Shown piece by piece: positions 48,215-62,385 of a stretch of 64,000 nt of DNA. The first letter of the stretch is position 1. Every line of letters starts with the position of its first letter. The notes beneath the pieces were generated by a model, which searched no databases, was not told the origin of the DNA, and was given only the letters and a program-made list of their open reading frames with translations. A program made the position numbers and the translations under genes. The stretch lies in contig OX597827.1 in NCBI GenBank assembly GCA_951406725.2, forward strand, positions 11,718,001 through 11,782,000. The letters are read 5' to 3'. This stretch comes from Octopus vulgaris. Taxonomy: Eukaryota.

Positions 48215-48470
48215 ATCATCATCATTATTTAATGTCCATTCTCCATGCTGGCATGGGTTGGATGGTCTGCCCAGAGCTGGCAAGCTGGAGAGCTACATCA
48301 AGTGCCAGTCCGATTTGACATGGTTTCTATGGCTGGATGCCCTTCCTGACACCAACCACTTTACAGAGTGTGCCGGGAGCTTTTACGAGGCACCACATGA
48401 GTGCTCTTATGTCACACCAGCAAAAGTGCTTTTTACATGGCACCAACATAGGACTCTTGCAAGCCAATCC
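48215..48470 (-). mobile_element. SINE family C (diverged)
   Basis: CCATGCTGGCATGGGTTGGA..GCTGGATGCCCTTCCTGAC. Confidence 0.7.
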
Positions 48471-48648
48471 GCAGCCTTAACACTGCGGAGCAAATATATT
48501 CATATTCATATATATATATGTATGCACATCTATATGTATTTATATACATATATACGTATATATATGAATATGAATATATGTATGTGTATATATATGTGTG
48601 TGTGTTTGTGTGTGTGTGTGTGTTTGTGTGTATGTGTCTGTATAAATA

Positions 48649-48689
<41 letters not shown>

Positions 48690-48707
48690 ATATATATATA
48701 TATAATG

Positions 48708-48778
<71 letters not shown>

Positions 48779-48854
48779 AATAATAATATTAGGAAATATA
48801 ATTCCAAACTTACAGGGAAAAATTCAATTTAGAAATACTGAATCAAATTTGACA

Positions 48855-48910
<56 letters not shown>

Positions 48911-49467
48911 GAATAAACCACCTTTTATCAATTCAACAATGAAAACATTTAATTATACCATATAGAAAAAAATTAGATCCGAAGGAAAAAATTCAATATA
49001 AGATAAAAACATATACCAATGATTAAGTAATGTACAAAATAATAAATAAAACGTATATATTTGGTAAAATGACTACACATGTTTCGTGGCTATATTTAAG
49101 AACTCTTACTCATTCCCATTCACAGATATCAATTCTGTTGTGATTGTCATCATCGTCAACATCATTATCACCACCAACATCATCATCATCATACTCAATT
49201 TAACACCAATTGTTCTTTGCTGAAGTAGGTTGAACAAATATTCAGTAGAGCATATTGCTATACATTTTGATCATATTTAATCACTTTTCTCTCTTTTGAG
49301 ATGGAACAGTTTAATATCTGATCTCACAACCACTTCTCTTCTCTTAGTTCTTCAACTGACATAGTTACCATTCCCCAGCAGTACACAACACTTTTTAAAT
49401 TTGGTATCCATCAGTCCGTTACTTCACTTGATTATATGTATGTATATATATATATATAAATATATAG

Positions 49468-49612
49468 ATTATATTAAATTAGAGATAAAACCACTATTAG
49501 GCAAATCAAACAGTGAAAAACATAAGCCAATACATAGAATTAATTTCAAATATAAAAGTTAAAAATAAAAAATTATTTAAATAATTTAAACTCATAAATT
49601 TTATATATATAT

Positions 49613-49666
<54 letters not shown>

Positions 49667-51724
49667 TTTTATATTTATATATTATTTTATTTATTAATTA
49701 ATTGATTTATTTATTTATATATTTATTTATATATTTAAAAAAAATTTTTTTTATATATATCAAAAGTATTAAAAGTTTAATAAAAGATAAAGAGTAAAAC
49801 ACTACGATCGTTTCATGGCTGTGCCAATTCGAATAACAATAATTTAAATTCAATTAATAATTTGAGTTATGGTTACAGTCAATCTTCAGGTTAATTGAAA
49901 TATTTTTTTAAAAAATCAGAAATATTTAAACAATATTTTTAAGATATAAATAACATAATAATTTTACTTATAATAAACTCTATTATCAAACTAGAAACTT
50001 AAAACTTAACAATTATGATTATATCAAAATCAATTATAATGTTAAATATTAATTTTAATTTATAATGTAGGAAACCCACCAATAATTTAATATCGGTAAT
50101 AGTCTATATCTAATTACATAAATATTTTTAAAAAAATAACTATTATATATAAAAATTATCAATGAAAATATATAAATGTATATAAATATTATAATTAAGA
50201 TCTAAAATAATCTCTATAAATAAATATATATGCACATATAATAAAAACCTAATAAATTAATTTTTCATATTTAAAGATGAAATAGCTAATTTCAAAAATA
50301 CAAACAAACAATCTTAAACGAACTTTCGGAAATCTTATGTAAAATACTTATAGAAATAATCAATTCGTAGTTATATAGTATCGAATAAATACTATAAATA
50401 CTATAAATATAATTATCAATGGGAATAACTAGCGAATATCAATTTTAAAAGACAATAACTAAGTTATGCTATTAAGTTAGACATGGCCTGGACCAATCTT
50501 TAGCCGAAACATATCTAAGTTTATCAAAGTTTATCTAATTTTAATTATAAGAAATTTAAAACTACAATTAATACTATTAATACATGTATATACAAAAGCC
50601 TAACTTTGACACCTCGTATATTTGCTATAAACATAAATCTATTGCTAAGTAGTATCTTACGAATAAACTTAAATTTAATATCTAATAATATAGAAAATTA
50701 CGATAATTAGATCATTACATAAACAACAATATTTACATAAGGAAAATATTATTACACCAAAGACTTATAAAATATAAAAATTTACAATTTGAAGATCTTA
50801 AATATAAATAAATACCTATCTTAGCGAGGTTTTGTAATGAACTAAAATTTTAAATCGGAAAACGTCTTTACAGCGTTTATAAGAATACTCGTGGAATTAC
50901 GTTATAAGCAAAGAAAGAATAAATTGTTGAAGAATTCATTAAGCGTGAGGAACAAATACGCTTTATCAATGACGCTTTATCAATGAAGATTAATGGTTTA
51001 TCAGTGTAAATAGAATGAAGTCACAAAAAAGAATAAAATCACTCTATACTATAAGATTTATTAATAAAATAATTATGATAAATAATACTTAATAAAAATA
51101 AATAAAATAATTTAAATGATTAAAAACCACTAATTATTAAATATATTCTAAAAATCTTATATGATTAATAAATATATAAAAAATTTTTTTATAGTAACCC
51201 CTCATCATACTATAAAGTCTTTCCCCATGCTCTTATAATTATAAGCTAGAATTAGTGATCATAACCAAAATCTCTAAAATACTTATCAAAATTTGCAGTA
51301 TAACTATACATACGTATATATATATACATAAATATACACACATATATACATATATACACGAATTATTAATTGAATTTAAATTATTGTTATTCGAATTGGT
51401 ACAGCCATGAAACGATCGTAGTGTTTTACTCTTTATCTTTTATTAAACTTTTAATACTTTTGATATATATAAAAAATATATATATATAAATAAATAAATA
51501 AATTAATTAATTAATTAATCAATAAATAAAATAATATATAAATATAAAAATATACATACATACATATATATATATTTGTATATATATATAAAATTTATAA
51601 GTTTAAATTATTTGAATAATTTTTTATCTTTAACTTTTATATTTTAAATTAATTTTATGTATTGGCTTATGTTTTTCACTGTTTGATTTGCTTAATAGTG
51701 GTTTTATCTCTAATTTAATATAAT
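49468..51724. mobile_element. Foldback element with ~370-390-bp inverted arms; probable decayed Penelope-like element
   Basis: 49468-49862 is mirrored by 51361-51724. The arms carry GAAAC-gatc-GTA, with a complete hammerhead motif on minus at 49801-49891. The 1.5-kb interior is very AT-rich and lacks a long ORF. Confidence 0.75.
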
Positions 51725-51800
51725 ATAATATATTTATACTATAAAATTGGATTTAATCCTAAATCTCATTTTTCCCTGTAAGTTTGGATTTATTCCCTAA

Positions 51801-51883
<83 letters not shown>

Positions 51884-51907
51884 CATACATGTATATACAT
51901 ATATATA

Positions 51908-52295
51908 GGTGCAGGAGTGACTGTGTGGTAAGTAACTTGCTTACCAACCACATGGTTCCAGGTTCATTCCCACTGCATGGCACCTTGGGCAAGTGTCTTC
52001 TACTATAGCCTCGGTGGATCAAAGCCTTGTGAGGGGATTTGGTAGACGGAAACTGAAAGAAGCCCATCGTATATATACACATGTATATGTTTGTGTGGCT
52101 GTGTTTGTCCCCACAACATCCCTTGACAACCGATGTTGGTGTGCTTACATCCCCATAACTTAGAGGTTCAGCAAAAGAGACCTATAGAATAAGCACTAGG
52201 CTTACACAGAATAAGCCTGGGGTTGATTTGGTCGACTAAAGGCAGTGCTCTAGCATGGCCAATCAAATGACTGAAACAAATAAAAGAGTAAAAGA
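51908..52295 (+). mobile_element. SINE family A
   Basis: Consensus head and tail. Confidence 0.88.
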
Positions 52296-52319
52296 ATGTA
52301 TATATATATAGATATATAC

Positions 52320-52393
<74 letters not shown>

Positions 52394-52394
52394 T

Positions 52395-52760
52395 ATGTGC
52401 ATCTCTGATCACGAGCAGAAGTAGTGCAGGACCATCATAGCCATGTGTTGAGAGAGATTATTTGGGGTTTAAATAATTCACCTCTGGAAACATGGGTGTT
52501 TCATTTAACATCCTTATTCAAGGACCTTTTGAGTGGGATGGGTTACTTGACTAGAAGAAAATTCTAACTGGGCCCCACCTGCAAGGTCATGTGCTGTTTA
52601 TCTTCATATGAGATCACCATATCGCGCACATATGGTTGTGATGCATGTGCCTAGTGTACCCTTATCAGACGGGTAGTCATGATGGGTATACTGAGCTTAG
52701 TATATTTTACCCCAGTGTCACTTTGATGGCATGCACTGCTCTCTCACTCAATAATAATAA
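52395..52760 (+). mobile_element. Probable LINE 3' end inserted in (AAT)n
   Basis: Non-coding segment bounded by (AAT)n on both sides and ending CTCTCTCACTC(AAT)n. TAA-repeat targeting is known for R4/Dong-clade elements, but the clade is not confirmed. Confidence 0.4.
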
Positions 52761-52980
52761 TATTAGGGAGTAAATCCAAACTTACAGGGAAAATTAATTT
52801 TTATGTTTTGGTTTATGTTTTTCACTGTTTGATTTGCCTAATAGTGGTTTTATCTCTAATTTAATTTTTATATATATATATGTATAGTGTTTCAAATTTT
52901 AGTAGGAGGCCAGTAGTATTAGGGGAAGGGGATATCACTACATACATATACATACATGCATATACATACACACATATATA

Positions 52981-53317
52981 CAGGGTACAATGTGTATATT
53001 GTTGTCATTTTATATTTTTAATTTCAAGCATGCGTATTGTTTGTTTTTGATTTTATCGGCTACAGAGTTGGGCCCCATCTTTTTGAAAAACAGCACATCT
53101 GGCCACCTAACACCCCAAACTGCAACCCCACTTTATTATTAAGTGTGGGGTGCAGTTGAGCTAGAGACCAACAAAACTGCTTGTAATGCCACAGATGGAC
53201 TGAAAACCAGGATTATAGTAGCATTCACCAACTTAAACAAGGAGACCATCCAGAAGAGTTGCAGGAGATTCTGAAGTCATCTGGAGGTCATGGTTGAAGC
53301 CAATGGCGATTTTACTA
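52981..53317 (+). mobile_element. Internally deleted Tc1/mariner (maT-like) element
   Basis: Starts TA|CAGGGT; peptides HIWPPNTPNCNP, VWGAVE.ETNKT, AFTNLNKETIQKSCRRF, MVEANGDF. Confidence 0.75.
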
Positions 53318-53835
53318 TATCAGAAGTGCAGTGGTGAAATATTGAATGTGAATGCATAAATTGTATGAAATGAGAAGCAAAAATCAGCTGAGATTTTTGA
53401 TGGGCATCAATGGATGTAGGACAGATGTCTAGACTGATAGGGACTTGTGATACTGAAGACTAATGAATACCGAATTCAAAAAGTGTTTTGTACTGCCGGT
53501 GAATGGTAACTATGTCAGTGGAAGAGCTAAGAGAAGAGAACTGGTTGTGAGATCAGATATTAAAATGTTCCACCTCAAAAGAGAGAAAAGTGATTAAATA
53601 TGATCAAAATGCATAGCAATATGCTCTACTGAATATTTGTTCAACCTACTTCAGCAAAGAACAATTGGTGTTAAATTGAGTATGATGATGATGATGTTGG
53701 TGGTGATAATGATGTTGACGATGATGACGACGACGACGGAATTGATATCTGTGAATGGGAATGAGTAAGAGTGCTTTTGTGTTGCGCAGAAGTGTGACTG
53801 CGTGTATGCTTAATTATTTTATACATATGTGTGTG

Positions 53836-53885
<50 letters not shown>

Positions 53886-54442
53886 TACACACAAACTCAT
53901 GTATATGCATGTGTGTGTATATATACGAATACAGAGTTCTTTGTAGTCTACATAATAGTGTATTAATAGTAATGGTTTCAAATTTTGGCACAATTCTACG
54001 ATGAATGGGACAGTCAGTTTCTTCAACCCCTTTACTGCTTTACCTTATTGGACCCCGAAAGATGAAAGGCAAATTTAACCTCAGTGCTATTTTAATTCAG
54101 AACATAAAGAGCAGGTAAAAATGCTGCTTAGTATTTTGTCTGAGACACTAAGAATTCTGCAAGCTTGCTGCCTTTCAGGAATCCTGAAATAAAGTCCAGG
54201 TTAGGGGATAAATGGATTTGCTAGAGCACTCATGGACAAACTGCAGCCCACAGGACTTTCTGAGTGGAATGCCTATCAAAAAATTACCTTTTAGTAGTAC
54301 CTATTTAGTAGAGCAACTCATCTGATATTGAGGAATGTCTCATGCAGCCTGCTTCTTGAAGACGATTGCCCATGCCTATGTTACTGTGTGAGAGGAGACG
54401 CCTTGTAGATTTTAATAAAAATTTAAAAAATTCAGAATTCAT

Positions 54443-54838
54443 AGGCACGGGAGTGGCTGTGTTGTAAGTAGCTTGCTTACCAACAACACAGTTCCGGGTT
54501 CAGTCCCACTGCGTGGCACCATGGGCAAGTCCCTTCTACTATAGCCTCGGGCCAACCAAAGCCTTGTGAGTGGATTTGGTAGACAGAAACTGAAGGAAGC
54601 CCATTGTATATATGTATATATATATATGTGTATGTGTATGTCTGTATTTGTCTCCCCCAACATCGCTTGACTACCGATGCTGGTGTGTTTACGTCCCCGT
54701 AACTTAGTGGTTCGGCAAAAGACACTGATAGAATAAGAACTAGGCTTGCAAAGAATAAGTCCTGGGGTCAATTTGCTCAACTAAAGGCAGTGCTCCAGCA
54801 TGGCCGCAGTCAAATGACTGAAACAAGTAAAAGAGTAT
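54443..54838 (+). mobile_element. SINE family A
   Basis: Consensus head and tail. Confidence 0.88.
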
Positions 54839-55615
54839 CAACTAGGTTGTAGCTGGTGGCAACTCCAACACCCATCTCTCTCATCAAAGCCTGGATTTCC
54901 TCACTCAGGTCTTCCATCACTTTGTTGTGCAACTGTTGGATGAATTCAGGCATGTGGACACAGAATGCCTTCTGTGTCTCTTCCTGCTGGACAGGGCTTC
55001 CTAATCTCTGTTGTAGTTGTCCATGTCATATCTTACAGCCTTTATGGTATTCACAGAGCATTGAGCAGCAGTCATACCCAGGGCAAATCATCGCAACGCA
55101 GCTAACTTTTTTCCAATATTCAGATGGCTTCTAGTCCTCTATGTTAGCTAAGTTTTTTTCAACTTCTACTTTAATTTTTATGCTCGGAATAGCTAATTGC
55201 TAATTGCCATATCATTAAAAACTAAGATGTACACTTCTCTTCAAACGTTGGAAAAACCAGAAAGTCTCAAAAATTTCGTGGTATTTTTGCTTGGATAAAG
55301 GAGGGAAATGTTTTATCTCGCATTATCTTGAAGCTATGAGAATTCAGTAACGTGATTTGTTTATTTCCTAGTGATTTTGGTCAGTTCAAACAAATAAAGA
55401 GGAATTATTTTTGGCCAGTTTTGGTTGGTCTGAACACTAAAGGGTTAAAGCAACTTTTCTTTTATCATTCATTGTAGTCTAGTTATGATGTCACACTGGA
55501 AACACCATACCTCGGACCTACCATGTAGCTGGTTTTTATCAGCTGCTTTTGTTGTCTAGTTGAATCTTAGTGTCTTCCACATTGCCACTATCCTTAAACC
55601 TGTGATCATATTACC

Positions 55616-56215
55616 TATTTCTTTACTACCCACAAGGGGCTAAACACAGAGAGGACAAACAAGGACAGACAAACGGAATAAGTGGATTATATCGACCCCA
55701 GAGCGAAACTGGTACTTAATTTATCGACCCCAGAAGGATGAAAGGCAAAGTCGACCTCGGCGGAATTTGAACTCAGAAGGTAACGGCAAACGAAATACCT
55801 ATTTCTTTACTACCCACAGGAGGCTAAACACAGAGAGGACAAACAAGGACAGACAAACGGAATAAGTCGATTATATCGACCCCAGTGCGAAACTGGTACT
55901 TAATTTATCGACCCCGGAGGGATGAAAGGCAAAGTCGACCTCGGCGGAATTTGAACTCACAACGTAGTGACAGACGAAATACCTATTTCTGTACTACTCA
56001 CAAGGGGCTAAACACAGAGAAGACAAACAAGGACAGACAAATGGAATAAGTCGATTATATCGACCCCAGTGCGAAACTGGTACTTAATTTATCGACCCCG
56101 GAGGGATGAAAGGCAAAGTCGACCTCGGCGGAATTTGAACTCAGAACGTAACGGCAGACGAAATACGGCTACGCATTTCGCCCGGCGTGCTAACGTTTCT
56201 GCCAGCTCACTGCCT
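55616..56215 (-). mobile_element. SINE family B trimer
   Basis: Junction GAAATACCTATTTC at 55792 and 55976 (period 184); TSD TGTGATCATATTACC at 55601-55615 and 56217-56231. Confidence 0.92.
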
Positions 56216-56231
56216 TTGTGATCATATTACC

Positions 56232-57140
56232 TAGGGATCAAACGCCTTTGTCTTAGATTGTTAGAATCTCAGAATCTTCTGCTAATGGCAGACAAGATAA
56301 CAGATGTTGGAAACTTGTTGCATGCATTCCAAGAATCAGCTTTTTTGATTGGCCTTTATGTGAATGCTGTTGCTGGGAAGACTGAACAGACACTTTGACC
56401 ATAATAGCCAGATCAACTCACTGGGTGGTAACACTTCTGAAGGGAGTTGGACATTTCATCACAGAAGTGATATCTCAACCACCAGAAAAACCATGTATCA
56501 ATATTCTTTTCTACTCTAGGCACAAAACCCAAAACTTTTGGGGAGGGGGAAGTCAATTAGATCGACCCCAGTACACAACTGGTACTTAATTTATCGACCC
56601 CGAAAGGATGAAAGGCAAAGTTGACCTTGGTGGAATTTGAACTCAGAACACAAAGACAGATGGAATACCGCTAAGCGTTTTGCCCGGCATGCTAATGTTT
56701 CTGTCAACTAACCGCCTTCCATTTATCAATATTCATTGCAACACAGGACAATTTAATAATTTAAAAGTCTACACTGCTTGACCAGATGAAAAGAGAATTC
56801 TTCAGAGCCAGAGTAGAATTAGTTCTTCTTTATGGTTCATCAGCATAGACTGTGACAAAAAAGATACAAAGCAAGCTCGATAGGACATACTTATATACAT
56901 TGTATGTTGTTCTTAACAAATCATGGAAACAAAACCCAATGAAAGGAGAGCTTTATGGAAATATCCGCAACATATCATCAGTCGTTGTGGCTGTGTGGTA
57001 AGTAGCTTGTTTACCAACCACATGGTTCTGGGTTCAGTCCCACTGCGTGGCACCTTGGGCAACTGTCTTCTACTATAGCTTCAGGCCGACCAAAGCCTTG
57101 TGAGTGGATTTGGTAGATGGAAACTGAAAGAAGCCCATCG

Positions 57141-57175
<35 letters not shown>

Positions 57176-57610
57176 GTTTGTGTGTCTGTGTTTGTCCCCC
57201 TAGCATTGCTTGACAACCGATGCTGGTGTGTTTATGTCCCAGTCACTTAGTGGTTCGGCAAAAGAGACCAATAGAATAAGTACTGGGCTTACAAAGAATA
57301 AGTCCCGGGGTCGAGTTGCTCGATTAAAGGCGGTGCTCCAGCATGGCCGCAGTCAAATGATTGAAACAAGTAAAAGAGTAAAAGAGTAAAAGAGTAAAAG
57401 AGTAAAGAGTAAAGAAGTATATGCTGGCCACTACTATTGAAACAAAGAGGATTTAGTGTGTGAGCTCCCTTTGTGGATCCTAAGCCATAGGAATTCTCAT
57501 GTCAGATGGCCCAGAATGACATACATCGAGCAACTCTTTTGTGATGCCAATTTACAAGTAGAAGACCTCAAAAATGTGAAAGAGAAATGCTTAGAGAGAG
57601 AGAAAATGGT
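56232..57610 (+). mobile_element. Degenerate RTE LINE remnant interrupted by SINEs
   Basis: DKITDVGNLLHAFQESA, RVELVLLYGSSA*T, VLNKSWKQNPMKGELYGN, YAGH, MTYIEQL. Confidence 0.7.
56985..57415 (+). mobile_element. SINE family A
   Basis: Consensus with a long (AAAAGAGT)n tail. Confidence 0.9.
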
Positions 57611-57721
57611 TTACTTCTTGTGAACCAACTGAGCATTTAAGAGGAAATCTGTTTCTAATATGTTCTCAGTGCATCTGCCACATACATAATAGAGAAATCT
57701 AATTTCTCTATTTATCTCTCT

Positions 57722-58122
57722 CTTTACTCTTTTACTTGTTTCAGTCATTTGACTGCGGCCATGCTGGAGCACCGCCTTTAGTCGAGCAAATCGACCCCGG
57801 GACTTATTCTTTGTAAGCCCAGTACTTATTCTATTGGTCTCTTTTGCTGAACCGCTAAGTAACGGGGACGTAAACACACTAACATCAGTTGTCAAGCAAT
57901 GCTAGAGGAACAAACACAGACACACAAACACACACACACACATACATATATACATATATACGACAGGCTTCTTTCAGTTTCCGTCTACCAAATCCACTCA
58001 CAAGGCATTGGTCGGCCCGGGACTATAGCAGAAGACACTTGCCCAAGATGCCACGCAGTGGGACTGAACCCGGAACCATGTGGTTGGTTAGCAAGCTACT
58101 TACCACACAGCCACTCCTGCGC
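57722..58122 (-). mobile_element. SINE family A
   Basis: Reverse complement of the consensus. Confidence 0.9.
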
Positions 58123-58129
58123 CTATCTA

Positions 58130-58700
58130 ATTGTGATTCTACTATATCTCTTGAGAATCCATAGCTTACACTGCATACAGAAAATGGAGTTCTTACCTTC
58201 ACTTTTTCTGCATATTGAACAAGACAATGTTTCTTGTGGAACCAGGGTTCTGCCCTTTTTCTACTTAATAGTGCCTTAGCTTTCGTTAAGTTCACCTTAA
58301 GCTTTCTTGATGCTAGGTTTTACTATCACATCTGGAATTTCTTCTCTAATTCTACTCTAGTTTCAGCTATAAGAGCTTGGTCATGAGCATAAAGGAGTTC
58401 TCCCAGACAGCTGGTTTTGAACTCCAATATGATGGCCTGTAGGACTATAATGAATAGAAGGGGATTGAGGTCTAAATCTCAGTGTTCACCATTCACTGCA
58501 TTTACCTCTATCTCTGTGTCTAACCATATTTCACCCTCTAACAAACCTACCCACCCAGGCATCCTAGATTCTCTGTCACTGACACTTCATCTCAGCTATC
58601 TTTTCTCCTTTTCTTGTTGAGGTAGCCATGTATCTCCTTTACAGAAACTTGCCTGTTCCTTTCTTTCTGTCATATTATTGCCTCTCAACACTTGGCACAA
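58130..58700 (-). mobile_element. Degenerate RTE-like reverse-transcriptase remnant
   Basis: Minus-strand pieces LNPLLFIIVLQAIILEFKTSCLGELLYAHDQALIAET and KVNLTKAK (decayed YADD region). Confidence 0.65.
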
Positions 58701-58754
58701 AGCCATCTCCCTCAATACTGCAGCTGCACTCAGTCAAGAGGTCTTGTCAAGCAA

Positions 58755-59030
58755 GTCGGTTGCGGGGTCACTCCGAAAAGCTCTATCTGCGATGATTTCA
58801 TCTCAATCGAAGGAGAGAGGCTTTCTCCGTCCGGGTTGTGGATCCATGGAATAAGCTGCCAGACGAGATAGTGAAGATGCCGACGACCGCTCGGTTAAAA
58901 GTCTCTCTTGACCAGAAATGGCCTGAACTCTTTGCATTAACGCCCTCCCTGTACATATCTCCCTGTCCCCCTACATGGCCTTGCTTTTTGCTTTTTGAGC
59001 CAAAAAATTAACTTAAATTAACGTAAGTTA
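58755..59030 (+). mobile_element. CR1-like LINE 3' end
   Basis: RGHSEKLYLR*FHLNRRREAFSVRVVDPWNKLPDEIVKMPTTARLKVSLDQKW followed by a short 3' UTR. Confidence 0.8.
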
Positions 59031-59767
59031 CATGCATGACCTCACTAGTGCCAGTGGCATAAAAACACAAAAAGGCAGTCTGGATATTCTGTAAAGCACT
59101 TGGGGGTTAGGCAGAGCATCCAGCTATAGAAACCATGCCAAAGAAGGCATTGGAACTCAATGCAGGCTTCTGGCTCGTCAGATTTTGCCAAACAATCTAA
59201 CATTTGTTAGCATGCACACAGAAATTAAATGATGATGATGATGCTCATGATGATGATGATGCTCATGATGATGATGACAATGATGATGATGATGACGATG
59301 ATGACAACGATGGCACCGATGATAATCATGATGATGATGATAGCAATGACGACAATGATGATGAGGATGAGAAGGAGGAAGGGGATTAAAAGGATGAGGA
59401 GGAGGGAGAAGAAGGGCATGAGGAAGAAGAGGACAAAAGGGATGAGAAGGAAGTGGATAATGACAATGACGACAATGATCACAATGACGATGTAAGTATA
59501 TGAACATGTGCTCGTTATCAACATTATATATCCAATTTATTTTTTTGGTGGCAGGGTGAAGTTGTGTGTCTACATATCTCTACATATGACTCAGTTCTTG
59601 TTTGGGGTCACTGCCTTTCTGGACAGTTTAGGGACCACATTTTACTCATACATTCCATGTTTCTGTGGGTGGATACTCTTTGTAACAACAACTATGTTAC
59701 AGAATGCATCAATTATTTTTATAATGAAATTGTCTTTTCTCCTAGGCATTGGTACTTAATGTATCAA

Positions 59768-59997
59768 GGTGGTGAGCTGGCAGAAACGTTAGCACGCCGG
59801 GCGAAATGCTTAGCGGTATTTCGTCTGCGTTACGTTCTGAGTTCAAATTCCGCCGAGGTCGACTTTGCCTTTCATCCTTTCGGGGTCGATGGATTAAGTA
59901 CCAGTTACACACTGGGGTCGATGTAATTGACTTAATACCTATGTCTGTCCTTGTTTGTCCCCTCTGTGTTTAGCCCCTTGTGGGTAATAAAGAAATA
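59768..59997 (+). mobile_element. SINE family B inserted into an older antisense family B-like copy
   Basis: 17-bp TSD GGTACTTAATGTATCAA at 59751-59767 and 59998-60014. Confidence 0.9.
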
Positions 59998-60708
59998 GGT
60001 ACTTAATGTATCAATCCTGAAAGGCTGAAAGGCAAAGTCGATCACAGTGGAATTTGAACTCAAATATATATAGTAGTAGTAGTAGTAGGAGGAGGAGGAG
60101 GAGGAGGAGGAGGAAGAGGAGGAAAATGACTTAAATTTTCTTCTCTACAATATTTTATCTGCCAACTACTTTGCAGAATGTACCGAATAACTTTTATCAT
60201 AGCACCAGCACTAACGTGGTTGTCCTGTCCCCGACAATACTAAAAGAGTACTCTGTACACTACATTGTTTTAGTTCACTGAAGGTGATTAAACTGAAAGG
60301 GTGAAATAGAAGACAGAGTGCTGAAAGAGAGAACCAAAGCAAAAGGATGATAGAGGAGGAGGTAATGGAAGAGAGACAATAGTGGAAAAAAGAGAGAGCG
60401 ATGGTTTGTATTAAAATGGATGGTAGTAAAGGGAAATTGATTACAGATGGATCTGCTACCAGTTCACAGTACACAGACCACATGATGGTTTAGAAAAACA
60501 GCAATAAATGTATGCAACCACTGGCAGAATTAATACTGTGTTTTAAAAGCCACTGCCAAAATGTTTTCAATTCTAAGAAAGTAAAATGTAAATATATATG
60601 TACGTGTGCACATATGGGATTATATATGAATATACATGTATATATTAGTATGCATCAGCTGTGTGTATATATACACACCCACACCCATACACATATACAT
60701 ATGTATAC

Positions 60709-60752
<44 letters not shown>

Positions 60753-60856
60753 TCACATCATATTCATACACATACAAATATATAAACACACTCATACACA
60801 TATATATGTGCATGTGTGTATATTTATATATATATATATATATAAATATACACACA

Positions 60857-60908
<52 letters not shown>

Positions 60909-61035
60909 TATAAATATAAGCACACACATGCATATATATACATATGTTCACAAGCATATATTATGTAAAGTGAAGCGAAAAAATAGAAAGAACAACAGAA
61001 TAAACAAAACATGATGAATATGGTATTATTTATTG

Positions 61036-61036
<1 letters not shown>

Positions 61037-61109
<73 letters not shown>

Positions 61110-61672
61110 GCAGATTATATATTATATATCTGTATGCATGCCCATACATACATACATATGTATGTATGTGTGTATGTATGTATGTATGTATGTATGCATG
61201 TATGTATGCATGTATGTATCTATGTATGTATGTATGTATGTATGTATGTATGCATATATGTATGTATGTATGTATGTATCTATGTATGTATGTATGTGTG
61301 TATGTATGTATGTATGTATGTATGTATGTATTTATGTATGTATGTATGTATGTATGTATGTCTGCATGTATGTATCTATGTATGTATGTCTGCATGTATG
61401 TATGCATGCATCTATGTATGTATGTATCTATGTATGCATGTATGTATGTATGTATGTATGCATGCATGTATGTATGTATGTATTTATGTATGTATGTATG
61501 TATGTATGTATGTCTGCATGTATGTATCTATGTATGTATGTATGCATGTATGTATGTATGTATGTAAGTATGTATGCATGTATGTATGTATGTATGTATG
61601 TACGCACGTATGTATGTATGTATGTATGTATGTATGTATGTATGTATGTATGTATTTATGTATGTATGTATA
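61037..61672. repeat. (CA)n followed by a long degenerate (TATG)n tract
   Basis: Directly visible. Confidence 0.95.
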
Positions 61673-62019
61673 TGCACACATACACATAGCTCTGCAATAA
61701 AAATCTTAAGTTTTCTCTAAAAGGAAGACTTTCTAGTTAATAGAGGATAATTGATTTAAAAATCGTTTTACACTAATTGGACAAAACAGATTGAGAGAAA
61801 GACAGATTACATTTTATTATTGGGATTGCAATTTATATTTTGTATTAAATGACTAATATTTTCAGAAAGAGAATTATTTGGTTGTAAGTATTAAAATAAT
61901 TCAACTTCTTTTTTTTTTTTCTTTTGTATTCTATATATTGAATTTGTTTTTGTTTTAATTTAAAAAGGATGTAACTTCACCTGTAGCCCCATTGTAGCTA
62001 TAGAGACAAGACATGGTGA

Positions 62020-62094
62020 ATATCATTATCATTATCATCATCATTATTATTATTATTATAATAATAATTATTATTATTATTATTATCATTATTA

Positions 62095-62127
<33 letters not shown>

Positions 62128-62173
62128 GTAGTAGTAGTAGTAGTAGTAGTGGCAGTGGTGGTGGTAGTAGTAA

Positions 62174-62218
<45 letters not shown>

Positions 62219-62385
62219 CAGTGGTAGTAGTAGTAGTAGTAGAAGTAGTATTTTTGTTGTTGGTGGTGGTGGTTGTCTTGGTGGTGGTGGTAGCAGTAGT
62301 AGTAGTAGCAGCAGCAGAAGTAGCAGTAGTAGTAGTATTAGGAGAAGGAGGAGGAGGAGGAGGAGGAGGAGGAGGTGGAGGAGGA
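62020..62385. repeat. Compound trinucleotide tract (ATT/ATC, AGT, GGT, GGA)
   Basis: Directly visible. Confidence 0.95.

Noticed and set aside
49890-51350. Mitochondrial insertion (NUMT), suggested by the extreme AT content
   Set aside because: No recognisable mitochondrial gene, rRNA or tRNA motifs; it is bounded by hammerhead-bearing inverted arms instead.
59178-59524. Poly-Asp, poly-His and poly-Met ORFs
   Set aside because: They come from an expanded (GAT)n tail of a family C SINE.
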